DNA from: Bacillales bacterium UBA784
Lineage (GTDB): Bacteria; Bacillota_I; Bacilli_A; RFN20; CAG-288
Assembly: GCA_002297045.1 (NCBI GenBank)
Contig: DBJE01000001.1
Location: 46,168-110,167 of the forward strand
Length of the DNA: 64,000 nucleotides
Direction of reading: 5' to 3'
Both the position numbers and the translations under genes were made by a program. The notes under the pieces were generated by a model. It searched no databases and was not told where the DNA came from. It saw nothing but the letters and a program-made list of their open reading frames with translations. Below, piece after piece: positions 46,753 to 57,355 of this stretch (its first letter is position 1; each line of letters begins with the position of its first letter).

Positions 46753-49700
46753 ATGTCATTTTTCTGGCCCCGATACAAAAACGATGATAAAAACTATCTG
46801 ACGCTGAAGGACTGTTATTTGAAGATCCGCAAACTATTGCTCTCTGATTCCTATCTCTCCCATAGAGAGTATTCTCCGCTTCTTGCCGAGGCGAAAGATG
46901 CCTATGACAGGCTTTCCACCCTTAAGGAAAATGATACTCTTAGGTATTGGTGCAAGAAGACAAAAACCGATTATAAGGAATTGAGGCTTTATCTTGATAC
47001 TTTTGCAACAGCCCCTAAGTTAGTTCAGCAGCATAACAAGGAGTTTCTATCCTCCCATTTGGTCACGGATAAGGAATATCTAGATACGATTCTTTCTAAG
47101 GAAAATCCGAATCTTCGCTTAGACAGCGATCAAAAGAAAGTCGTCCTTTGCGATGAAGACTATAGGTTAGTCATTGCCGGAGCAGGTGCAGGGAAGACCA
47201 CTGCCCTTGAAGCGAAAGCAAAATACCTGGTCGAAAGAAAACATATTCTGCCGGAACGGATCCTTGTGATTTCCTTTACGAAAAAAGCGACCGAAGAGCT
47301 AAAGAGGAGATTTGATACCAACGGAATCCCGGCAAAAATTTCCACTTTCCACGCCATCGGAAACGCTCTGATTTCCGCAAACAAAGGGAAACATAGTGTC
47401 AAGTCCCAGGAATTCAGGTTTTTCGTTATCCGGAATTATCTAAGGACTAAGCTCGATGACGAAGGCTTCATCAACAAGAGGATGCTCTTTTTCGCCTCCT
47501 ATCTTGACATGCCTTTTGACTCGGCAAAATCCGTCGAGCTTTATAAACGGAGCTTAGCCAATAACGATTTTTCGACAAGGAAGAACGATTTGGATGCCTT
47601 CCAGGAAAGCCTGACCAAAAAGAAAATCACTATTAAGTCGGAATATGTCCGTTCTGTCCAGGAATGCCAGATTGCCAATTTCCTCTATATTAATGGAATC
47701 GAATATGAATACGAGCCGGTTTATCCTTATTGCATCCGAGGGACGAACAAGCCTTATACTCCCGATTTTCTTCTTAAGCAAGGAGACAAGGAAGTCTATC
47801 TTGAACATTTCGGGATTGCCGAAGACGGAACCAACTGGCGCTTTACCAAGGACGAGCTTGCCAGATATAAGAAATGCATCCGGGATAAGATTCTTCTTCA
47901 TCGCATCCATAAGACAAAACTGATTTATACCTTCTCCTCCTACAACGATGGAAAGGATTTGATTGTCCATCTAAAGGACCTTCTTCTTTCAAACGGCTTT
48001 TCTCTTTGCCGGAAGGACTCCAAGACCATTTACCACGAACTGGCTTCCCGAGCGGAAGAGAGATACTTCATCCGAATCGTACAGCTGATTTGCAACTTCA
48101 TTAACCGGTTTAAGACCAACAATTACAAGCTCGAGAAAAGGTCCGAATTCCAGAGCCAGGCCCTGGAGAATAAGGACGAGCGGACGAACCTCTTTCTGGA
48201 TATTGCAAGACAGTGCTATCTTCAATACGAAGCGGCATTAAAGGAAAGTAACGCCATTGATTTCGAGGACAGGATAAACAATGCGGCGGAAATCCTCGAT
48301 GAAAAGATTGCTAACAAGGAAAAACTTCCCTATGACTACATCTTCATTGACGAATACCAGGACATCTCCTTCCAGCGGTTTAACCTTGCCGAAAAGCTCG
48401 CCCAGTGCTCGGATGCTAAGATTGTGGCGGTCGGAGACGATTGGCAGTCGATTTACCGCTTCTCCGGGTCGGACATTACCCTATTTACGGATTTTGAAAA
48501 GCGCAGGGGCTACGCCAAAGTCCTTTATCTGAATAACACCCACCGGAATTCCCAGGAGCTTATCGATGTTGCCGCCAACTTTGTGAGGAAGAACACCCTG
48601 CAGAAGCGTAAAGTGCTGAAATCCCCTCTCCATCTAGAGGATCCGATTGTGGTCGTCAGTTATGACGATTCCTTTGTTCCCAGAAAACAGCTCATGGACC
48701 ATTCTTCCCTTTCCCCTTATCAAAGAAGGGGAAAGGCTATCGAGACTGCCCTTGAATGCATCAAGGACAAGTTCGGAGAAGAAGGGGATGTCCTGCTTCT
48801 AGGACGGTATAACTTTGACGGACGGAGACTTGGGCGGCTCTCCGGCAGGTTTCTCTGCACGGAGGACGGTCGGATACGGAGCGAAAAGTTCCCCAAAAGG
48901 CGAATCCGTTTCAGGACGGCCCATTCCTCCAAAGGCCTTGGTGCGGATAACGTCATTGTCGTCAACGGGAAGGACGACCTCCTCGGCTTTCCTTCCAAGA
49001 TTGAGGACGACCCCGTCAGGAAGCTCGTCCTCAGCCACCAGAAAGAAATTGACTATGCGGAAGAAAGACGTCTCTTCTATGTCGCCCTGACAAGAACGAA
49101 GAACAAAGTCTATCTGATTACCCCTATCCATAAGCCATCACAGTTCATTCAGGAACTTAGGGCCAGCCATAGGAACATCGTGCTGAACGGACCAAGGCTC
49201 GAAAAAACCGACGGAAGGGATTTCCGCTATAAGTGCCCACGATGCGGATACCCTCTTCAGATCCGGAAAAAGAAGACCGCTTCCGGCGCGGCGAGGACTC
49301 TTTATGTCTGTTCTAACGATCCGGAAGTCTGCGGATTTGTCACTAACGATGTCTCCGGCGGAAACAGGAGCATCAGGAAGTGCCCGGACTGCGAGAGCGG
49401 ATATCTCATCGTCAAGAAGGTCAAAAACGCCCAGGGAGAGGATACCGGCCACCGGATTTTAGGCTGCACCAATTACAAGGCGGATAAGACCGGATGCAAT
49501 TACTTCATTGATGAGGAGGGATTTGCCGACACCTGGGAGAAGGCCTGTCAGAAGCGTCAGAATTATCTGGAGAACGGAAAGAAACTTGACCTAAGTGAAT
49601 GTATCCTTGCCGGATATCCGATTTCCGACCTTGCCAATATCGTCCGATATGCCTTAACAAAGGCGGTGAATGGCCTTGGCTTTTCCTTTACGAAGACCTC

Positions 49701-49944
49701 CTTAAGCGATTTCCTGACCGGAAACCCGACTAAGGCCTTAGTGAGCTATCGTCTGAATCAGAATAAGGCCTTCGGCTGCGTAGAGAAGTGTGGCAAGAAA
49801 ACCGTTTTGCAGTTTATTCAATGCTTAATCGATAGTGGATGGGTGGCTGTGGACGAAAAAGGAAGATATCCGCATCTTTCTTTTTCCGGATGGCCAAGGA
49901 ACGAAAAGACGCTCCGGCGCGTGTTCGAATTCTTTGTCCATTAG
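46753..49944 (+). CDS. UvrD/REP-type SF1 helicase carrying an embedded Vsr/DUF559-like nuclease-fold module and C-terminal topoisomerase-type zinc ribbons (1063 aa)
   Basis: Motif I AGAGAGKTT and Ia ILVISFTKKA. UvrD_C element YVALTRTKNKVYLI. Between the 1A motifs lies ...IANFLYINGIEYEYEP...YTPDFLLKQGDKEVYLEHFGI, the Vsr/DUF559 pattern. Two CxxC...CxxC ribbons follow (CPRCG...CSNDPEVC; CPDC...CTNYKADKTGC). Confidence 0.75.
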   Translation: MSFFWPRYKNDDKNYLTLKDCYLKIRKLLLSDSYLSHREYSPLLAEAKDAYDRLSTLKENDTLRYWCKKTKTDYKELRLYLDTFATAPKLVQQHNKEFLSSHLVTDKEYLDTILSKENPNLRLDSDQKKVVLCDEDYRLVIAGAGAGKTTALEAKAKYLVERKHILPERILVISFTKKATEELKRRFDTNGIPAKISTFHAIGNALISANKGKHSVKSQEFRFFVIRNYLRTKLDDEGFINKRMLFFASYLDMPFDSAKSVELYKRSLANNDFSTRKNDLDAFQESLTKKKITIKSEYVRSVQECQIANFLYINGIEYEYEPVYPYCIRGTNKPYTPDFLLKQGDKEVYLEHFGIAEDGTNWRFTKDELARYKKCIRDKILLHRIHKTKLIYTFSSYNDGKDLIVHLKDLLLSNGFSLCRKDSKTIYHELASRAEERYFIRIVQLICNFINRFKTNNYKLEKRSEFQSQALENKDERTNLFLDIARQCYLQYEAALKESNAIDFEDRINNAAEILDEKIANKEKLPYDYIFIDEYQDISFQRFNLAEKLAQCSDAKIVAVGDDWQSIYRFSGSDITLFTDFEKRRGYAKVLYLNNTHRNSQELIDVAANFVRKNTLQKRKVLKSPLHLEDPIVVVSYDDSFVPRKQLMDHSSLSPYQRRGKAIETALECIKDKFGEEGDVLLLGRYNFDGRRLGRLSGRFLCTEDGRIRSEKFPKRRIRFRTAHSSKGLGADNVIVVNGKDDLLGFPSKIEDDPVRKLVLSHQKEIDYAEERRLFYVALTRTKNKVYLITPIHKPSQFIQELRASHRNIVLNGPRLEKTDGRDFRYKCPRCGYPLQIRKKKTASGAARTLYVCSNDPEVCGFVTNDVSGGNRSIRKCPDCESGYLIVKKVKNAQGEDTGHRILGCTNYKADKTGCNYFIDEEGFADTWEKACQKRQNYLENGKKLDLSECILAGYPISDLANIVRYALTKAVNGLGFSFTKTSLSDFLTGNPTKALVSYRLNQNKAFGCVEKCGKKTVLQFIQCLIDSGWVAVDEKGRYPHLSFSGWPRNEKTLRRVFEFFVH

Positions 49945-50004
49945 CAAACGCCACTCTTTCTCTCTATTTCGCTATAATAGAGTAAGAAAAAGAGAGCCCT
50001 AACC

Positions 50005-51282
50005 ATGAATAAAGAAACCTCGTTTATCCTAAAAGGCGACATCCTTTACTGCGGAGAGGATTTGAATCTGATAAAGAAGAAGTCCTGTTATCTTCTTGTC
50101 CTGGACGGAAAAGTCAAAGGCGTAGAAAAAGAAGCCCCTGACTTATATTCCTCCCTTCCTCTCTACGACAGGAAGGATAGCCTGATTCTTCCCGGGTTTT
50201 CAGACCTCCATGTCCACGCAAGCCAGTACAGGTACCGGGGAATAGGGGCGGACTGTGAACTTCTTGAATGGCTTAAGCGCTACGCCTTCCCTGAGGAAAA
50301 GAAGTTCAGGGACCTAGACTACGCAAAGAGAGCCTATTCGGTTTTTGTGGATGATCTGAAGCATTCCTTTTCTACCCGCGCCTCGATCTTTGCCACTATC
50401 CATAAGGAGGCAACGCTTGAATTAAGGAGACAGCTTGAAAAGGCAAATATCCCCTGTTATGTCGGACTAGTCAACAGGAACCGGAATTCTCCCTTTGACT
50501 ATAGGGAAAAAGATACTCCTACGGCCCTAAAGGAGACAGAAGAGTTCATCCAGGAGGCGAAGAAATACCCTATGGAACAGCCTATCCTTACTCCCCGCTT
50601 CACTCCCTCGGTGAGCAAGGACTTAAGGGAAGGCCTTGGAAAACTAAGAGACAAATATAACCTTAGAACCCAGTCCCACCTTGACGAAAATTTAGGCGAA
50701 ATTAAGTGGGTAAAGGAGCTGGAGCCGGAATGTGAGGATTATTCCTCCACCTATGACCGTTTCCATAGGAGGGGAAGAGGGTATCCTAGCATCAGGGCAC
50801 ACTGCATTTATAATACTGAAAAGGAAATCAGAAGGCTTAAGGATAATGGAGTATATGTCGCCCACTGCCCGGAAAGCAACCTGAATGTCGTATCCGGAAT
50901 AGCCCCAATCCGGAAATATCTTGACCTTGGAATCAAGGCTGGGCTTGGAAGCGATGTTGCCGGAGGCTCCTCTCTATCCCTTTTAAAGGCCGGCTGTCTT
51001 GCTAGGCAGGTCTCAAAGAGGTATTACCGCTATATCGACTCTTCTTTCTCTCCTTTGGCTACCAAGGATGTCTTTGCCAGGGCGAGCATCATCGGCGGTT
51101 CCTTCTTTGGCAAGGTCGGCACCTTCTTAAAAGGGTATGATGCCGATATCCTAGTGATCGATGACTCTTCTCTTAAGACAGAAAGGATTTTGACCCTGGA
51201 AGAGCGGCTTGAACGCCTATTCTATCTTGGCGAGGAGAAGAGGCTGAAAAGGAAGTTCGTCAAAGGGGTCAGAATCCTTTAA
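50005..51282 (+). CDS. Amidohydrolase-superfamily deaminase, guanine deaminase-like
   Basis: PGFSDLHVHASQ metal-binding start. ...CELLEWLKRYAFPEEKKFRDLDYA resembles GuaD. 425 aa. Confidence 0.65.
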   Translation: MNKETSFILKGDILYCGEDLNLIKKKSCYLLVLDGKVKGVEKEAPDLYSSLPLYDRKDSLILPGFSDLHVHASQYRYRGIGADCELLEWLKRYAFPEEKKFRDLDYAKRAYSVFVDDLKHSFSTRASIFATIHKEATLELRRQLEKANIPCYVGLVNRNRNSPFDYREKDTPTALKETEEFIQEAKKYPMEQPILTPRFTPSVSKDLREGLGKLRDKYNLRTQSHLDENLGEIKWVKELEPECEDYSSTYDRFHRRGRGYPSIRAHCIYNTEKEIRRLKDNGVYVAHCPESNLNVVSGIAPIRKYLDLGIKAGLGSDVAGGSSLSLLKAGCLARQVSKRYYRYIDSSFSPLATKDVFARASIIGGSFFGKVGTFLKGYDADILVIDDSSLKTERILTLEERLERLFYLGEEKRLKRKFVKGVRIL

Positions 51283-51547
51283 GATAAAAGACACGATCAG
51301 GACTAATGTCTATTTGCCTGAACATACCAATGCGAAGGAAAAGGGAAAGTGGACATTGCGAAATACGGTCTTCTTGGCTATCAGGATTTGGAGATGCTCT
51401 TTCCAAAGGAGATTCACGGCCTCTTGTCTTGCAAGTACTTAACTGTTTCCATCGGAAAGTGAATCCTTACCTGGGAGATCTTCGCTTCGTATGTCGGCAA
51501 GTGGAAAGATCGATTAAGGGTGAACAGGGAAGCCTATCCTTTGCCAT

Positions 51548-52021
51548 TTAAAAAGGCGTGTTTCTGTTCTCGTCTGTAACTTCCTGCCTATTTCCGGAAT
51601 CGATACTGGATACTCTCCTCATTGGAGTAAAGTTTTGAAGCCTTATAATATTCCGAAAAAGAAAAGGGTAGATTGGAATTTCTATGTATCGTCCGGACAG
51701 TAAAGTGCCGTATTCGCCAGAAAGAAGCTTAGCGTTGGATCCGGTTATATAAATGTCAACTTTAGAAGAAATCCGCAGTGAGTTAATGCACTTCTCCCAG
51801 TCCGCCACTTTCTGGATTTTGTCAAGAAACAGGTAGACCGGTTTGTGAATTGAATCGATTTTCGTTTTGAGAAATTTATAAAAAGATTTAGCGTCGGTAT
51901 AATCGGTAAAATACCTGTCTTCAAAATTGATGGAAATCCTTTTCTCTGACTGGATTCCGAAGCTTAGCAGGTCCTGCTTAATGAGCTCTAGCGTGGCTGT
52001 TATTTCCGCTTCGCCGAACAC
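51548..52021 (-). pseudogene. Truncated remnant of a second COG1373/DUF4143 ATPase gene
   Basis: The 157-aa ORF contains only YLFLDKIQKVADWEKCINSL...DIYITGSNAKLLSGEYGTLLSGRYIEI. The Walker A N-terminus is missing and the C-terminus is lost. Confidence 0.6.
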
Positions 52022-52443
52022 CTACTAGAATTTTGACTAATTCAGTTTTATTCCTGAATGAACGTAGTTTCTTCCTATAGGCCTCTCTTTCAATCCCGTC
52101 TGCGCCTCCGTGTTTTATTTGAATTATTCTATGAATAAAAATAAGCAATAACAAAAGTTTAAAACACAATTTAAGAATTCGATATTAATAGTGAAGGCTT
52201 AAAGTATCATTTAAACCTTTGCTTTATTTGCCTCATCAAAGGAAATTTTTGCCAGAAGGAAGAAATGCTATCGCAATTGAATCGAATGGAATAAGGTATG
52301 GGAGTGACAGGACCAGTTCTCCTTTTTGGAAAAGGAAAGTCCTTATTATGGATTCCTGTAGGATAGACAAAGTTGCTTCAGAAAAATAAAGAATAAGACG
52401 GATTTAGAATTGCTAGGAATACTTCCGCTTTTTTTCCCAGCAA

Positions 52444-53430
52444 TTAAAAGACAAGCGAAGTCTTTTCCTTTGTCTCTTTATTATGGAAGATAATTGCGTT
52501 TTTAAACCGGTTTTCCTCAATCAGCTTTTTCGCCTCTCTTATCGTCTGGTGAACAGGGATGCGGACAAAGAAAGTATCCTTCCGTTCTTTCCTATATTGT
52601 TCTGCCTGGCTTCCTTTATCGATCGTCCCGGTGAAGATTAGAGCATAGTCTGTATGGCTTTCAATGGCTTTTTTAGTCTCTTCCTTTTCGGCCTGAGGAT
52701 CATGGAGAAGAAGGACGGAAGCGCCTTTCTTCGGTTTCCTTTCTACCCGATGTTTGAGATAGACTTCTTCCTCTTCCCTGAAATAGGGGGAGGCGATGTC
52801 ATAGTCTATTCCTTCCTTTTCCAGAAGGGAGATGACTTCCCTGCTTCTTCCGTTTTTCGGAAGAGGAAGAAGGACTTTCTCCTTCTCCTTGATCAAAGAA
52901 AGAAGCTCTTTTTTGCTCTCTTCCCTGCTTTTTGCTTCCTTATAGGCTCCGTCGACGATGGCAAGGTCGGCTTCTTTTCCTCTTATCGGGTCAACGGAAA
53001 AGATACTGTCTTCCAGATAGTCCCCCGTATAGAGGATTTTCTTTCCTTCCCTAGAAATCTGGAAGGACAGGCTTCCAAAGCAGTGTCCGCTTCTAAGAGG
53101 AAGAAGGGAAAGGAAGGGAAGCTTCCTTTCCTCTCCCGGAACGAGGAAGTCATGGGGAAAGTCTTTTATCTTCCTTGCGTCATAGGTCGGCTTTGAAAGA
53201 TAGACCATCCCTTGAAAGCCAAGGGAAAAAAGCTGTTTTAGTGCACCGACATGGTCGTCATGGGAATGGGTGAGAAAAAGGGCGGATATTTTCTTGACGT
53301 TGCATCGGGAAAAGAAGGGGGGCTCCCCTTCTTCCGATAGCCCGCAGTCAAGGAGGATACTGTTCTCTCCTTTAAGGAGAAAGCAGTTTCTTCCGTGTTC
53401 GTTTATTCCGCCAAGAGAAAGGAATTCCAT
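52444..53430 (-). CDS. MBL-fold metallo-hydrolase
   Basis: LTHSHDDHVGAL (HxHxDH) motif. 328 aa. Confidence 0.7.
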   Translation of the reverse strand: MEFLSLGGINEHGRNCFLLKGENSILLDCGLSEEGEPPFFSRCNVKKISALFLTHSHDDHVGALKQLFSLGFQGMVYLSKPTYDARKIKDFPHDFLVPGEERKLPFLSLLPLRSGHCFGSLSFQISREGKKILYTGDYLEDSIFSVDPIRGKEADLAIVDGAYKEAKSREESKKELLSLIKEKEKVLLPLPKNGRSREVISLLEKEGIDYDIASPYFREEEEVYLKHRVERKPKKGASVLLLHDPQAEKEETKKAIESHTDYALIFTGTIDKGSQAEQYRKERKDTFFVRIPVHQTIREAKKLIEENRFKNAIIFHNKETKEKTSLVF

Positions 53431-53433
53431 TGC

Positions 53434-54447
53434 CTAGTCCCTGATTTTCCGTACGTGGTCATAGGAATAGGATAAGAGAACATGGTCCCTTATGGCAAGA
53501 TGATTCGGAGAAGAGAAGAAGAACCTTCTTCCGTTTGCATCCTTTGCCTGATAGGAATATATGCCGCCAATGCACTGACAGGAAGTGATCTCTACGTTGA
53601 TACTCACGTATCCCTTTTCATTCTTCTCACCTAGAAGGATATCCTCCGGACGGAGGAAGGAGGTCTTATCTAGGAAAGAGGCTTTACCGATGAATCTGGC
53701 CGTAAAGGAAGATTTCGGATGCCAGTAGATCTCTTCTGGCGCCCCTTTCTCGATGATTTTCCCATCGTTCCTGATGATGATGGAATCGGAAATGCTCCTT
53801 GCCTCCTCCTGATCATGGGTGACAAAAAGGGCAGTCCTCTTCAGGTTCTTGACAAGGCTTCTTATCTCCCCTCTCCTCTGCTGACGGAGAATGGCGTCAA
53901 GGGCGGAAAGAGGTTCATCGAAAAGAATGAAGTCAGGATTGACGGCAATGGCTCTGGCGATGGCGACTCTCTGCTTCTGTCCTCCCGAGAGTTCGCTTGG
54001 AAGGCGGGAAGCATAGTCCTGCCTCTTCACCCTCTCTAGGCACTGCCTGACTTTATTCTTTCTTACTTCCTTAAGAATCTTCCGGTTTTTGAAATATTCC
54101 TTATCTAACTTAATCTTCTGTCTGTTCTCTAAGCCGAACTCGACATTCTGGAAGACGGTCCTATTTGGCCAAAGGGCAAAATCCTGAAAGACAAAGGAGA
54201 CGTTTCTTTCCCTAGGAGACTTATTGATATCCTGTTCCTTGTCGAAGACGACTTGCTTGTCAAAGAGGATGGAACCGGTGTCGCTTGTCTCAAGACCCGA
54301 GAGGATACGGAGAAGCGTGGTCTTTCCGCAGCCGGATAGGCCAAGAAGCGTCGTAAGGGAGCCCGATTCGATAGTCAGATCAAGGTCCTTTAAGACCTTG
54401 GTCTTCTTATCGAACGTCTTGGAGAGATGGTTTCCCTGGATTCTCAT
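53434..54447 (-). CDS. ABC transporter ATP-binding protein (PotA/FbpC-type with TOBE domain)
   Basis: [26 protein letters not shown] and [11 protein letters not shown]. Confidence 0.8.
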   Translation of the reverse strand: MRIQGNHLSKTFDKKTKVLKDLDLTIESGSLTTLLGLSGCGKTTLLRILSGLETSDTGSILFDKQVVFDKEQDINKSPRERNVSFVFQDFALWPNRTVFQNVEFGLENRQKIKLDKEYFKNRKILKEVRKNKVRQCLERVKRQDYASRLPSELSGGQKQRVAIARAIAVNPDFILFDEPLSALDAILRQQRRGEIRSLVKNLKRTALFVTHDQEEARSISDSIIIRNDGKIIEKGAPEEIYWHPKSSFTARFIGKASFLDKTSFLRPEDILLGEKNEKGYVSINVEITSCQCIGGIYSYQAKDANGRRFFFSSPNHLAIRDHVLLSYSYDHVRKIRD

Positions 54448-56153
54448 TATCTTTTCCTCCGTTTCTTCTTGCTTGTCCTATATTCAAGGGGAAGAAGAAG
54501 GGCAAGCGTCCTAAATACCGAGACGACGGCTAAGGCCATCGCCGACTGCTGGCTTCCCTGCTCGAACTGAAGGTCGATATAAAGGGATATCGTATAGAAG
54601 GCCGGCGGCTGAAGAAGCTTCGCGGTGACTAGCTCACGCCTTGAGATGATTAATGTCCTTGCAAAGCCATAGAAGGCACCTTTAAGAGCCTGAGGAAGGA
54701 CAATCCGCCAGTTGATGGCAAGGTTATTCTTGGCATAGACCTCTCCGGCCTCGATTAAGGATCTAGGCATCTGAAGAAGGGCGTTCTTGATATAGGAAAT
54801 CCTCCCCGGCCTAAAGATGACGCTATAACCGATAATCAACATAAAGACGGTACGGTAGACCGGCAAAACCTTGTAGATGGCGTTAAAGAACCTGATCCTT
54901 CCTATACCGGTGACGATGTTCGGTATCCTCTGAGGGAGCCTGTCTAAGAATTCGACGCCCTTCCCTATCCATCTCTTCTTATTCCGGAAGGAGTAGATGG
55001 CAAGGAATAGACCAAGGCAGAGGACAACCAGCGAAGTGGCAAATCCGATAAGGAAGGAGTTTCCGATAGCTTCAAATCCGCTTCCGAAACCATCGGAATC
55101 GGAAAAAGCAATCTTGTAGTTCTCAAACGTGAAGTTTCCTTCTGCCGTCAGGTTTTTATACAGAGTCTTTTTAAAGGATGAGATCAAAATGGTGAATAGA
55201 GGAATAAAGGCAGAAAAGAAGAACCTGATGAGCAAAAAGAGGGAACCGAGGATAAGAGGAGTGATTTTCTTGGTGTACTTCCCTTCCCCTTCCTTCTTTA
55301 GGTCATAGGCTTTCTTGCTGGTCACAATCCTTTGCAAAGCGAAAAGGAACCTGCAGATGGTGACAAGGACGGAGGCCAAAGAGGAAGCCATAGGGAAATC
55401 AATCGGGGCAACCTGCCTCTTCTGGGTAATCAAGGTCGTAAAGACAGTCCTTTTGATCGTCGGACCGAAGGTGGCAGGTGTTCCGTATTCGCTAAGTGCC
55501 TTGACAAAGACAAGGAAGGCGCCGATGGCGAAGTTAGGGAGAAGGATCGGTGCATAGACTCTTGTCCTTTTTTTGTATCCCTTGTCCACATAGACATCCC
55601 TTGCATCATCTAGGCTCTTTGGGAAGGAAAGGAAGGCAGACTTCAGCCTCGTCCTTAAAAAGGGAGAGGTATGCCTAGCCCTGATCCAGGCCATACCGAA
55701 AAAGGAATAGAAGGAAGTGGCAAGAGGGCGCAGTGCAGGCCTGACCCGGTAGAGGATTCCGTTTCTCTGCCTGAAAAGCCTCCATCCCATGGAGTTGATA
55801 TAAGGAGGCACCCTAAACGGAATCCTCCTGACTAGGTCTAGCCACCAAAGCTTCCGCAGTCTCGTCTTGGCTAAAATATAGGCTTCCGGGACGGCAATCA
55901 GAATCGAAAGTCCGGTGACGGCAAGCCCAAGCTTAAGGGAATTTAAGATAGCCGTAAAGACTTCCTTGTCCGTGAACATCGTCGAATAGTTGGAAAAAGT
56001 GAAATACCCTTTGTCCGTCGTAAAGGAAGTCGAAAAGACGGAAACAAGGGGACAGAGAATGAAAAAAGCCAGAAAAACCACAATAAGGGTACCTTCGAAA
56101 AGGTACCCCATTCTTTTTCTGTTACGGATTAGGCTGGCAAACGACGAAGGCAT
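54447..56153 (-). CDS. Fused two-domain ABC transporter permease (FbpB/ThiP-type)
   Basis: 568 aa, about 12 TM spans in two repeated halves. Confidence 0.75.
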   Translation of the reverse strand: MPSSFASLIRNRKRMGYLFEGTLIVVFLAFFILCPLVSVFSTSFTTDKGYFTFSNYSTMFTDKEVFTAILNSLKLGLAVTGLSILIAVPEAYILAKTRLRKLWWLDLVRRIPFRVPPYINSMGWRLFRQRNGILYRVRPALRPLATSFYSFFGMAWIRARHTSPFLRTRLKSAFLSFPKSLDDARDVYVDKGYKKRTRVYAPILLPNFAIGAFLVFVKALSEYGTPATFGPTIKRTVFTTLITQKRQVAPIDFPMASSLASVLVTICRFLFALQRIVTSKKAYDLKKEGEGKYTKKITPLILGSLFLLIRFFFSAFIPLFTILISSFKKTLYKNLTAEGNFTFENYKIAFSDSDGFGSGFEAIGNSFLIGFATSLVVLCLGLFLAIYSFRNKKRWIGKGVEFLDRLPQRIPNIVTGIGRIRFFNAIYKVLPVYRTVFMLIIGYSVIFRPGRISYIKNALLQMPRSLIEAGEVYAKNNLAINWRIVLPQALKGAFYGFARTLIISRRELVTAKLLQPPAFYTISLYIDLQFEQGSQQSAMALAVVSVFRTLALLLPLEYRTSKKKRRKR

Positions 56154-56158
56154 AAGAC

Positions 56159-57271
56159 TTATTTGCTGCTTTTGTTAAGCTTAGAGACGAATTTGGTTGC
56201 AATTTCGGTTCCGTTCGCTGCCATCGTATCCCAGTTAAGGTTAGTAAGCTGAGTAATATCATCCCTGCCAAGACGGTCGGACTTTGCGGCAACCTTTGTG
56301 CTGCCAGGAAGAAGATAGGCATCACTGACAAGCTTCTGTGCACTCTCAGAGCAGAGATAGTCCCTGACCTTCTTTGCAGCATCCGCATGCTGTGTGGTAC
56401 CCCTGATCCTAGCCGGACGGGCATTGACGACTGTTCCGCCGTTAGGATAGTAGATGTCGACGGCTTTGCCGGTGCTCTTGTCGGAATAGGCGTTGTAGTC
56501 GACGCCACCGACAAGAATGTCGACGTCACCACTTTCCACTTTTTGGAGCGCAGGCTTGTTTCCGCCGCCGTTGCTCCTTCCGTTCGCTGCCCAGCCATCA
56601 AGGTCTTTCCAGGCCGCTTCTTCTCCTTTAGAGCAGACATAGCCGGCTAAGAAGTCCTTGCAGGCTCCAGACTTAGTCGGATCAGGGATGGAGATTCTGG
56701 CATCGCCTTCCGTCTTTAACACACCATTGACTTTATCCTTATCGGCAAAATCTGCCCAGTCGAGCTGTTCGATTTTCGCCTTGTCGACAAGGTCAGTGTT
56801 ATAAAGGACACCGACTGCAGAGGCACTGGTTCCCCAGATCTTATGGCTGGAATGCTGGAATTCCGCATAGAGCTTGTCGCTTCCTTCAGGAACGTATTCC
56901 CTAAGGTTAAGTTTGTTAAGGTTACTGATTCCGTCGCTCCAGGAAGCTAAGACAAGGACATCGCATACCGGATTAGCTTTCTCGGCTTCGATTTTGGCTA
57001 ATAATTCACCGGTCGTACCGGAAGTAACGACCCTGTCAATGTCTTTATATTTTGCTTCGAAGTCTGCTTCATACTTTGTCTGAAGTCCGGCAGGGGAAGG
57101 CCTATAGACGTTGACCTTTGTTTTTTCTGTATTTCCCCCTTTGCTTGCTGAATCCGCTTTGGTTACCGAATCAGCCTTGTTTCCAGAAGCGGAAGAACCA
57201 TCCGTTTCTCCGCCTTTGCAACCGACAAGAAGAAGTCCCATCAAAGCAAGCAGCGCATAACTTTTTTTCAT
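56159..57271 (-). CDS. ABC transporter substrate-binding lipoprotein (family-1, iron/thiamine-type)
   Basis: Start at MKKSYALLALMGLLLVGC with a lipobox and RBS GAGGTA. Confidence 0.7.
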   Translation of the reverse strand: MKKSYALLALMGLLLVGCKGGETDGSSASGNKADSVTKADSASKGGNTEKTKVNVYRPSPAGLQTKYEADFEAKYKDIDRVVTSGTTGELLAKIEAEKANPVCDVLVLASWSDGISNLNKLNLREYVPEGSDKLYAEFQHSSHKIWGTSASAVGVLYNTDLVDKAKIEQLDWADFADKDKVNGVLKTEGDARISIPDPTKSGACKDFLAGYVCSKGEEAAWKDLDGWAANGRSNGGGNKPALQKVESGDVDILVGGVDYNAYSDKSTGKAVDIYYPNGGTVVNARPARIRGTTQHADAAKKVRDYLCSESAQKLVSDAYLLPGSTKVAAKSDRLGRDDITQLTNLNWDTMAANGTEIATKFVSKLNKSSK

Positions 57272-57325
57272 TTGATTTATACCTCGGAAAAAATTTATCA
57301 CATGTTTTTTCTAAGAGGTTGCAAA

Positions 57326-57355
57326 GAATTGTAAGAATTGTAAAGAAGTTGTAAG
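57326..57355. repeat. Tandem direct repeats GAATTGTAA-GAATTGTAA-(a)GAAGTTGTAAG in the divergent promoter region
   Basis: Seen directly. They lie between the minus-strand transporter operon and the plus-strand pot operon. Confidence 0.5.
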
